Made by a program: the position numbers and the translations under genes
The notes under the pieces: model-generated
What the model saw: only the letters and a program-made list of their open reading frames with translations
Databases searched by the model: none
What the model was told of the DNA's origin: nothing
Shown here: in pieces, positions 52,636 to 64,000 of the stretch
Numbering within the stretch: position 1 is the first letter of the stretch
Layout: each line of letters begins with the position of its first letter
NCBI GenBank assembly: GCA_964016885.1
Contig: OZ024741.1
Span: 106,454,001 to 106,518,000, forward strand
From: Eledone cirrhosa
Taxonomy: Eukaryota
DNA length: 64,000 nt
Direction of reading: 5' to 3'

Positions 52636-53417
52636 TATATATACATACATACACATATAAACTAACACATATATATCTATTAAGTAGCGAATTCGTCATT
52701 ATCGGATAAAATAAAACGATGAAAAAAAAAAGATCCACACAAACAAATGACATCGATAATAGTAAATTTATTTTTTGTTTTTGAAAATAATCTTGTAATA
52801 ACTCAAAAGGCAGACGACTTTTCAAATTCGAGCAAAAGCCAAGTTTATCAGATTTGTATATCTCCATTTCCTCATTACTCGGAGACGAAGAAAAGATAAA
52901 AATATAAAGAAAGAGGGAAATCTGAAAAAAAGAAATGTTATTAAATTTTCTTCATCTTTTACTTTAAAAAAATAATGTTACTATCTTTTATCTCTGATCC
53001 TCCCCCCTTCAATTTGATGTAAATTTAGATAAAAGGCTAAAAAATATAAATAAAAAATGTCTGGCTTGAGTCATACCTGTTGATCGCTGATGGTTTTAAA
53101 TATATTAATGAATCTTTAAGATAAGAGAATTCTATGCTTCACTCTCAAATATCCACCAAGAAATCATAACCTCTGATATATTATTCCATCGATAAGTTTA
53201 TCCCACAATATATACAATCAGATACGACAATACTGTAGCTAGCCAAATAATTTCAGACCACAAAACTTTCAATTTGATTTAAATAAAAATATATTCCGCT
53301 ATCACCCTATTAGCATTCTGTATTCGACTCTATATCACTACCATTCCATCACCATCACCAACCATGCCTTCATAAATACAAACATTGATATGATGTATAT
53401 ATATATATGTATATATA

Positions 53418-53495
<78 letters not shown>

Positions 53496-53536
53496 CAAAA
53501 CATAAGTCAATTGCATGAACTCATAATCCTTTATTT

Positions 53537-53592
53537 ACTGCTATATATATTTCGATGATAGCCATTGAATGGCTATGACCTCATCAGGCAGT
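53537..53592 (-). ncRNA. Type I hammerhead ribozyme (canonical core)
   Basis: Minus strand: ACTGC-CTGATGA-GGTCATAGCCAT TCA ATGGCTATCATC-GAAA-TATATA-TA-GCAGT, followed by AAATAAA. It lies in a ~460-bp unique segment bracketed by (TA)n. Confidence 0.85.
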
Positions 53593-53970
53593 TAGTCAGT
53601 TCTTAGATATGCCAGCTCTGTGTTTATAGTGTTGATGGTATCAGAGCCTTGGGACATATGAGCTTGTTAGGAATAATTTAATGTTGTCAGCAGGAATAGT
53701 CTTAATTCTCATTGGTCAGTTTGTAGATGCTAGTGGTGCATCAAAGAGGCAGGTGGTTTTGTAAGGTTCAAACCGTCAGGCAAGATGACAATAGTTCCAG
53801 ATGACTGATTTTCACAAAAAGCATTCCAGGTCAGATATATATTAAATTAACGTTAATAGTATGAAATAGATACTACAGGTCGTTCTTAAATTGAGGAATT
53901 TATGTGGAGTGGTGCTACTGAAAAATTATGGTTAGAGTAGAAAATTTACAATATATATATATATATATAT

Positions 53971-54170
53971 AACAAAGGAATTGTGGTAAGGAACCAGATG
54001 GACCATAACGCACCAGAGTACACAATACTTAGGGTAGTAGAGTGGGAAATAGGAAAATGTAAGACCCCGACGACAGAGCTCAAGCCGTTTCGACGGCTAT
54101 TTCTGGACTATTTTAGTCCAGGAATAGCCGTCGAAACGGCTTGAGCTCTGCCGTCAGGGTCTTACTTTTT

Positions 54171-54174
<4 letters not shown>
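53971..54174. mobile_element. Palindromic (TA)n-inserted element, family P copy 1
   Basis: Hairpin centred on GGACTATTTTAGTCC. Family copies at 58471-58668, 59058-59174, 63437-63477 and 63598-63870. Confidence 0.85.
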
Positions 54175-54217
<43 letters not shown>

Positions 54218-54521
54218 TGTATTTTGATTTAGGTGTCACAGAAACTCTACATCGGATTTTAACAGCAATTCCGGGAGTCCAGGTCTGGTTATCACTTATT
54301 TTTTATCATTTATTTTGTTTTGACCTGTTTAGCTTGTTTTGGTTTTTGGTTTGGGTGGTTAATGCTTTCTTGACCACCTTTTCAGTTTTGTATGGCTTCT
54401 TAACACATTGTTTAGCTCTGGTGTTTAACTATTGAGCACTTTGCCAGTATCATTTCTGATTTTTGCGTTTCGCTTCGCTTTTCCTGCCCGCCGAAAATGC
54501 GATTATCGCTGAATCTTTATT

Positions 54522-54604
<83 letters not shown>

Positions 54605-54628
54605 GTATATATATGTATATATATATAA

Positions 54629-54667
<39 letters not shown>

Positions 54668-54668
54668 T

Positions 54669-54762
<94 letters not shown>

Positions 54763-54767
<5 letters not shown>

Positions 54768-55040
54768 TAAACGGAATAGAAAATGCTGACAAATTGTTCA
54801 CAGTTGAAAAATGGTTTAATTAGGAATAAAAGAGTATTAGTGATTGTATGGGTTAGTATTCAGTTGTGGTTTTAAGTTTTTAAGTTTTTACCGGTTGCGC
54901 ATTTCTAAATGCGCAACCGGTAAAAACTTAAACCCACAACTGAATACTAACCCATACAATCACTAATACTCTTTTATTCCTAATTAAACCATTTTTCAAC
55001 TGTGAACAATTTGTCAGCATTTTCTATTCCGTTTACCAAT
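54763..55040. repeat. Near-perfect ~280-bp palindrome in (TA)n
   Basis: Centre ACCGGTTGCGCATTT-CT-AAATGCGCAACCGGT. The arms are reverse complements apart from a short duplication. Confidence 0.95.
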
Positions 55041-55074
55041 ATATAATAACTTGTGTGTTACACCTCTATTCTTT

Positions 55075-55236
<162 letters not shown>

Positions 55237-55277
55237 CACACACACACACATATATATATATATTGTATCAATGAGGA

Positions 55278-55458
55278 TTGGCGGTGATTGGCACTATCGG
55301 CAGAGCATCAGAAACCATGCTTTGCAGTATAGAGTTATGGCCCTTTACGTTCTGAGTTCAGATCCCGCCAAGGTGAACTTTGCTCTTCATCCTCACAGGG
55401 TCGATAAAATAAAGCAATTACAAAGGTAATTTCTGGCCTTGTGCCAAAAGTAGAAATT
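55278..55458 (+). mobile_element. tRNA-derived SINE
   Basis: TGGCGGTGATTGGCAC...GAGTTCAGATCCCGCC...GGGTCGATAAAATAAAG...AGTAGAAA. Confidence 0.85.
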
Positions 55459-55644
55459 ATATATATATAGGACACAGAATAAAGGATTCAATACATGCGT
55501 AGAGTCTACAATTATTCTAAATTCTACATATTGACTTTGAAGTCTCGCTAATGGCGTTAAATTTTAAGTAGTGAAAGTAAGCCTCCTGCAGCAGAACTTC
55601 GAAGTCACTCTGAAAAATTTACTATATATTTATGTGTGTCTGTG

Positions 55645-55930
55645 AAGGCATGTGGCTTTGTAGTTAGAGAGTTAGATTCACAATCGTAAGGTTGTGATTT
55701 CGATTCGTAGCTCCAGTTCCCTCAGCTGTAGAAACGAGTTGTGCCGCCACTGGTGCCAAGCTGTATCGGTCGGTCTTGTCCTTTTCCTGGGACAACATCG
55801 GTGGCTTCAAAGGGGAAACTGGTGTGCATGGCCGACTGCTGGTCTTCCACAAAAACATCTTACTCGGGCTTATGCCTGTGAGAGGAACTTTTAAGTGCAA
55901 AACCCATGGTCATTCGTGACTAAAAGGTGT
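55645..55930 (+). mobile_element. CORE-like SINE of the 2243 family (CORE segment deleted)
   Basis: tRNA head, plus CCAAGCTGTATCGG...GGACAACATCG...CGACTGCTGGTC...GAGAGGAACTT shared with 2243-2535. Confidence 0.75.
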
Positions 55931-55986
55931 CTTTTACACAAACACACACACATATATATATATAGTCATTATTGTAGTCCATTATT

Positions 55987-56170
55987 GCGGTGGATTGGAA
56001 GTATCGGTAGAGCGTCAGACACCATGCTTTGCAGCATAGAGTTATGACCCTTTGCGTTCTGAGTTCAAATCCCGCCGAGGTGAACTTTGCCTTTCATCCT
56101 TACGGGGTCGATAAAATAAGGTACCAGTAATGCACTGGGGTAATTGCTGGCCTGTGCCAAAAGTAGAAAC
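55987..56170 (+). mobile_element. tRNA-derived SINE
   Basis: Near-identical to 7485-7670. Confidence 0.9.
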
Positions 56171-56514
56171 TTTAATATAAGAAACCATTATTGTAGTCCA
56201 TAACATTAAAATATGAATGTGGAATAGTGTTTTTCTAAAACAACAGCCGTGCCGCAGCTTCTCAGTAGCATAAAATACTCGCAAGCTGCGTATGAATAAG
56301 AATTTTATGCCAATAGAATTTTCTTTCTCTACAAAGGAAAATGGGAAAAATGATTAGACACACACGCATGTCTGCAGTGAGTCGATAATTATTTTGATAT
56401 TATATTTCCTTGTGAAGTTTGTGCGTATATCCTTACACATATATTAAATAACATTATTATAATAGCCTTACTATCAAGGACTCAGGACTCAGTTACTATT
56501 ACATAAAGATAGAG

Positions 56515-56571
<57 letters not shown>

Positions 56572-56606
56572 TACACACACGCATATATGCTAGATACATC
56601 TTCGTA

Positions 56607-56686
<80 letters not shown>

Positions 56687-57159
56687 CGTATGTGTGTGTG
56701 TGTGTGTGTATTCCGTGACACAATCTAGTAATCTGATAGTAGAGAATGACCGTCTTATACGTTGAAACTATAATATTGCCTGAGCCGAGATTAGTTGACC
56801 AAGCAGCTAATATAAAACTAAAGAGTAGTATACCAGATAAACAAACCAAACAAAAAACAACAACAAAAAAACGAACAAGAAAAAAAAAAAGATAACATTA
56901 AAGAATTAGAAAAAAAGAAAGAAAAAGAAACAGAGAAAATAAATCTAAATAAAGTGATGTTATAGAGGGAAAGATTCGACGTTTCAACTTTGATGCTATC
57001 ACGTGAATAGAAAATATTGAATTATTCTAATATTATCAGATAAGGGAGGTGGTGGAAGTGGCGGTGGGGACGGGTGGGTGGGTGTTCGGTTTCTGGAGAG
57101 AAACCGACGAGCAAAGGGTAAGCAAAAAGCTGCAGTTATTCATTATTTAACATCACTAT

Positions 57160-57247
57160 CAACACCACCACCACCACCACCACCATCATCATCATCATTA
57201 TTATTATTATTATTATTATGATTATTATATTATTATCATTATTATTA

Positions 57248-57321
<74 letters not shown>

Positions 57322-57400
57322 GTTGTTGTTTTTATTATTATTATTATTATTGTTGTTGTTGTTGTTGCAGTTGTTATCATTATTACTAATAATTTTATTG
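57160..57400. repeat. Compound (ACC)(ATC)(ATT)(GTT) microsatellite
   Basis: Direct observation. Confidence 0.9.
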
Positions 57401-57565
57401 CTATATATTAATTTTGTTTGTTAAATTTTGTATTTCTTTGTCTATATATGTTGTTTGTTTTAGATTTTAACGGTATTAAAAGCTTATTCCACTTTTCTTT
57501 TGATGAAGAAGAAGATAAAAAATGACGGAGAGAAAGGGAAGCCATTGTCGAAGGGTTATGTGATG

Positions 57566-57659
<94 letters not shown>

Positions 57660-57681
57660 TATCTATATATATATATATATA

Positions 57682-57728
<47 letters not shown>

Positions 57729-58075
57729 GCATGTACATTTATTTATATGCATAGAAAGTCCTGAAGGAAAAATAAGTTGCCGTCACCGTGTAGGGAATAA
57801 ATAAACATAAGTTCAAAACCATGAATCTCATTATATGCAATGATAGGCATACGCATACATATTAACGTACAAGCACACATGAAGACATACACACACAAAT
57901 ACACAGACAAACACACATCAGACACACACACACACACGCTCACACACACACACATACGCACGCACACACACACACACACACACGCACAAAACACACGTAC
58001 ACACCGACTACATAAACATACTTGCACACGCGTACACATAATAATAGTAAACAAATAATATATATATGTGTATAT

Positions 58076-58161
<86 letters not shown>

Positions 58162-58325
58162 TATATATATGTATGTATGTATATATATACACATACACAC
58201 ATATATATATATATACACATATATACATACATATATATATATATACACATACATACATGAATAACGTATATAAAGATAAAGTAATACTTCCATACGCATA
58301 TAAAACATCATTTATTGTACATAAT

Positions 58326-58400
<75 letters not shown>

Positions 58401-58401
58401 G

Positions 58402-58470
<69 letters not shown>

Positions 58471-58472
<2 letters not shown>

Positions 58473-58664
58473 CGAAGGAAATGTGGTAAGGAACCAGGTG
58501 GACCATAACGCACCAAAGTACTCAATACTTGAAGTAGTAGAGTGGGTAATAGGAACCAGTAAGACCCCGACAGCTGAGCTCAAGCCGTTTCGACGGCTAA
58601 TAGATTTTAGTCCAGAATTAGCCGTCGAAACGGCTTGAGCTCAGCTGTCGGGGTCTTACTGGTT

Positions 58665-58668
<4 letters not shown>
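58471..58668. mobile_element. Palindromic element, family P copy 2
   Basis: Same sequence family as 53971, flanked by (TA)n. Confidence 0.85.
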
Positions 58669-58713
<45 letters not shown>

Positions 58714-58734
58714 GTATATATATATATATGTATA

Positions 58735-58792
<58 letters not shown>

Positions 58793-59057
58793 CATACATA
58801 TTCAGAAGATACCATTACTGATGTTTTAAAGAGATCTCAATAGTTTTGATGTGATTCCAGCTAAATATGTTGAAACTCTCCACATATTGACATCGTGTTT
58901 ACTAATGTTTTTAGACATATGGTCGGTATATATGTGATATACATACTTACATACATATATATATATATTTATATACACACACATACATACACAAATATAT
59001 CTCTACGTACATGTAGGTATATATATATATATGCATATTTATATATATATATATATA

Positions 59058-59174
59058 TAGGAAAAAGTAAGACCCGACCGCAGAGCTCAAGCCGTTTCGA
59101 CGGCTATTTCTGGACAGTATTGAGTACTCTGGTGCGTTATGGTCCATCTGGTTCCTTACCACAATTCCTTTGTT
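59058..59174. mobile_element. Family P copy with internal deletion
   Basis: The left-arm core is joined directly to the distal right arm (GGAC|AGTATTGAGTAC). (TA)n on both sides. Confidence 0.8.
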
Positions 59175-59237
59175 ATATATATATATATACATTATACACA
59201 TATAGATATATATTTAGACACACAGACATGGAATGGG

Positions 59238-59560
59238 CTACCGTCGTTTTCAACGATGTGCAGTCCCAGTTGTTCGATCAATGGAACAACGTACTTCTGA
59301 AATAACGTGTAAGTGGTTGAGCGTTCAAACACTTACACTGGGAGACCAGTGTGACAGTGTATGTGACAAGGCTGGTCCTTTGAACTCCAGGTATAATCCA
59401 CCGACAGCGATTCAAACTATTCTCGCCTACCCAATTTGTGTGTGGATTAACCCGTTGCTATGGTGATTGATACTCACCCAAGATGCTACACAATGGGGTC
59501 GAACTCGGTACCTAGTTATTGCGATGTGTAATTTTTAACTCTTCGTCTCAGCTACGTCCT
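59238..59560 (-). mobile_element. Diverged OR-type SINE
   Basis: ACTCACCCAAGATGCTAC...GTCGAACTCGG...TTTTAAC is a reverse CORE-like motif plus tRNA head. The 3' part resembles 31370-31530. Confidence 0.55.
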
Positions 59561-60298
59561 CACACTCATATACATCCATTCACTAATAGGCATAGACACT
59601 CACTTATATATACATACATGGAACGATACGCACACACTAATACATGTTCTTATACCCGCATACATACACACACATATGTATATACATACATACCTACATG
59701 CATCATATATATAAATACACACATACATACACATATATGTCTAGCTATCTAGGGCGGGTAAAATGCCCGAGATCCATGGATGAGTTCTCTCTAGCGGTCT
59801 CTGTCCCTCATCATCGCTGCTATGTCCTGCGCGTCTTCCAGAGACCAGTGTCTGTCCTTAGGGCATCAATATATAAGGAGCACTGAATGTAGTGTCCACT
59901 GCGAATGTCGGTGAGCATGTCCAGCTAACCTCAGTCTCCTCTGTGTTACTTTCGAGCTATATATACATATATATACATATATATATATATATAATATTAA
60001 TTAGAGTATGTGTTAGTTTATCACCGACATTTTAGTATGCAGGGTAGAGCACTCAACGAAGTACACAAGTGGGTCTGTTTACTCTGGCATATATTATGTA
60101 GTGTAATTGATAAAGAATATTCAAAGTTAGAAGAACACTCAATCAGTGGCAAGTTTTGGTATACCAATATTAATTATTTATTACACTAACTATGCTCTCA
60201 TTCTGTTATAAATGTTTCTTTGGCTGCCCTGTTGATTCGATTTTGTAGGAAGATTTCTCTCTCTCTGTCTCCCTCTCTCCCCTCCTCTCTCTCTGACC

Positions 60299-60390
<92 letters not shown>

Positions 60391-60481
60391 CTCGGGAATA
60401 ATCTCTGGAATTTTACCCGCTCTAGATAGAGAGATATAGTATCTATATATAAATTTGAGCGACTTCCGTCCGTCACACGAA

Positions 60482-60539
<58 letters not shown>

Positions 60540-60940
60540 GCGTGTGTTTGTGTGAATATATGTGTATTTGTGTAAATGTATGTCTGTGAGTATGTATTTT
60601 TATAAATGTGTCTGTGTTTGTGCGTTTATATATATAAATATACTCATACATATAAATTTAAATCATATGCACACACACACACACGCACACATATAAACAT
60701 ACACGTCAGCGTTTTGAAAAAGAAACTCTAGAAAATAAAATTTCATACATATAACATGTATGGGTGACCACCGTATTGTGGAGGAGTCGTTCTACTACTG
60801 GCCTCTCACCGGTCGCTAGGTTTTTGTCCTAGCGCCCAGCGAGAGGCCAATATTAGAACTCCGCCTCCACTGTACAGTGGACCATAACTGGAAGCTGAAA
60901 CCTAATGTCAAGCATACATGTTATGCGTATGAAATTAAAT

Positions 60941-60991
60941 GGCTTCTACAGGACTAGAACTGTTTCATTCGAGAGAAATCATCAGAAAGCC
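60941..60991 (-). ncRNA. Type I hammerhead ribozyme, followed by an inverted partial copy (60995-61037)
   Basis: Minus strand: GGCTTT-CTGATGA-T TTC TCTC GAA T-GAAA-CAG TTCTAGTC CTG-TA-GAAGCC. Confidence 0.78.
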
Positions 60992-61033
60992 TTCATTTCT
61001 CCCGAATGAAACAGTTCTAATCCTGTAGAAGCC

Positions 61034-61277
<244 letters not shown>

Positions 61278-61656
61278 CTAACAACAGTGGCTTGCTACTT
61301 CATACCGAATCAAGGCACAGAACGGAAACCTGTTGATAACATGAATCCACAGTCCGGTCTTCAAACACCGAAAACTTGCATACTTGCGCAAGTAGGATTG
61401 TTGATTTTGATTTCATAGAAACCTATCGGAGAAACGACACTCTGCCTCCGAGACGGTCCAGGTTTGTTTATTAACCTGGTGGTTTTCTCGTTGCTTCGGT
61501 GTCGTGGCTAGGCTTGCCTGCCACAGTTTTCAATTTGTCATGCCATCTAACGAATGTTACTACTCTGAGCTTTCTTATGGAGTGCTTGGCTGTATAAATC
61601 CTAATTGTATTTCGTTGGCTTGGCTACAGCCGAAGCTTCGATTTTACTAAACTTCC

Positions 61657-61708
<52 letters not shown>

Positions 61709-61924
61709 GTGCATATATATATATATATGCATACACAGGAACTCAAATATGCACACATACACACACACACATACATATGATAAACGCAGATATTTATAAG
61801 AATATCATAGTTCTAATTTAATGGTGAGTTGTGGACTGCTCACCCTTGTGTAATTATTATCGTGGTTTCCCTATATACAACAAAAAGAGGTTCCAATGGG
61901 GTGTTCTCTACACTTATGTAAACG

Positions 61925-62000
61925 TACGGGGTCGATAAAATAAAGTACCAGTAATGCACTGGGTAATTGCTGGCCTTGTGCCTAAAGTAGAAACAATTAT
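61925..62000 (+). mobile_element. 3' fragment of the tRNA-derived SINE
   Basis: TACGGGGTCGATAAAATAAAGTACCAG...AAAGTAGAAAC. Confidence 0.85.
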
Positions 62001-62341
62001 TTGATTTTTACCATATATAAATTGAAAGATCTTAAATGTTTCTATATGTAAATTTGGAGGAAATTTAGCTGCTACTTCTTACAAAACGGGCACCCTCATC
62101 GGTTCGGTTTACTTGAGTAGCATTGTATCTAACAGCCGTAAGCATTATAAAACTTGTGAGTGTTTTGTAAGGTGGCAGCGATAACTTCCGAGTTCCCTAG
62201 CAACCTAGAGTGGCTGGATGGTGAAGATGACGATAGAAGTTACAGTAAATGTAGATTTATTTACTTTTGAATTAATATTACTTTAGTTTCGACGAAGAAA
62301 ATAAAAATGGGAAACAATGAAGCAGTAATAACGTATATTTG

Positions 62342-62471
62342 ATGTTTCTTTGGCTGCCTATTTCAGATACATCTGAGTCAGGCCCCGAATTCTCAAACAA
62401 AATAGAATCAATAGAGGCTGAAGATTGGGGTCTGACTCAGAAATATCTGAAATAGGCAGCCAAAGAAACAT
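62342..62471. repeat. Inverted repeat (45-bp arms, 40-bp spacer) with a hammerhead-like core
   Basis: Arms 62342-62386 and 62427-62471. CTGAAGA at 62418 is followed by a hairpin and GAAA. Confidence 0.8.
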
Positions 62472-63366
62472 TTGTACCTAAATGACAGCGTAGTTAGTGT
62501 AATAAATATCTGTATATTGGGAGAGAATGAAGCAACGAAACACATACATTTGATGTTTGTTAATTCCCTTTCTTCTGTGTAACGAACAAACATTATCAGC
62601 TGGATTCATTTCACTCCCATGGGTATAACTACAAATTTCACAACGATCATAACCCTACGAACCAATAAACTATTGGAGGATCACCATTTAATCAGCCATA
62701 TTGCTTGCGCTAATTTGATCTGGGGAAATAAACTGTTAAGCCGATTCAGTCAAGCTTTTACATTTTTTTAACATCTCGATCAACGTCTAAATTAGCATAA
62801 ATTAACATATTTATTTTTCCCAATGTCGAGGTTATAGTAATTCTTAGAAAAAGGTCAGGAAGAAGAAAAAATAACTGATAGTATTTATAAATTCATTTGT
62901 ACTTTCTCTCGTTACTCTTCTATATTTACATTCCACACTCTCCCGTATTACTCACGGAGTAATTGCTGTTACTACTAGTTAACTCCAGATCAGCCATGGC
63001 GAAGCAAACCTATGTACAGGAACATTCTAGTCAACGTTCTCAGGATGTTGTGTGGTTGCTCGGCTGCCAGGCGGTCCGACTGCGCGGTAACAAAATTGGT
63101 GTATTGGTGCCGGGCAAATCAAAATTTAACAGCTCAGTAGCTTTAAAATATTACCACGCTGAAGCTTTGAATTTAAAATGTTTTTGCTCACAACATCAAA
63201 AGTTCCGCTCAGAGATTGTGAAAAATTAGAGGAAACATTAATTTCAGATATGAATCTACCGTCATTTTACAGGTATTGTGTATCTAGGACTACATTATCC
63301 AATGCGCTGTTTGATCTGAATGATTGTTGTTTATGTATATTCGTAGGTATATATATATATATATGG

Positions 63367-63439
<73 letters not shown>

Positions 63440-63475
63440 TTATGGTCCATCTGGTTCCTTACCACAACTCCTTCG

Positions 63476-63900
<425 letters not shown>

Positions 63901-63959
63901 GTATATATATATATGTATATATATATATATGTATATATATATATGTATATATATATGTA

Positions 63960-64000
<41 letters not shown>

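Overview
AT-rich, microsatellite-saturated animal intergenic or intronic DNA with no recognisable host protein-coding gene. The SINE repertoire suggests an octopod cephalopod (inference). Main contents: (1) a near full-length Tx1/L1-type LINE (23037-29013, +) embedded in (ATT)n; (2) a near full-length but disrupted R4/Dong-type RLE retrotransposon (about 48155-52215, -) between (TATG)n tracts; (3) CR1, RTE, R4, Tigger and Helitron relics, about 15 copies of one tRNA-derived SINE and several CORE-like SINEs; (4) an 11.7-kb GGT/GTT satellite with higher-order duplications. The most striking signal is invisible to the ORF track. From 35.7 to 63.9 kb there are several unrelated small non-coding elements, mostly next to (TA)n, that carry type I hammerhead ribozyme folds, usually inside fold-back inverted repeats whose 5' ends face the centre. 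One has a 422-bp permuted unit like a retrozyme. Another family consists of palindromes centred exactly on hammerhead stem II, with the CUGANGA half replaced by a mirror image of the 3' half. Folds were assigned by eye; no search or folding program was run.
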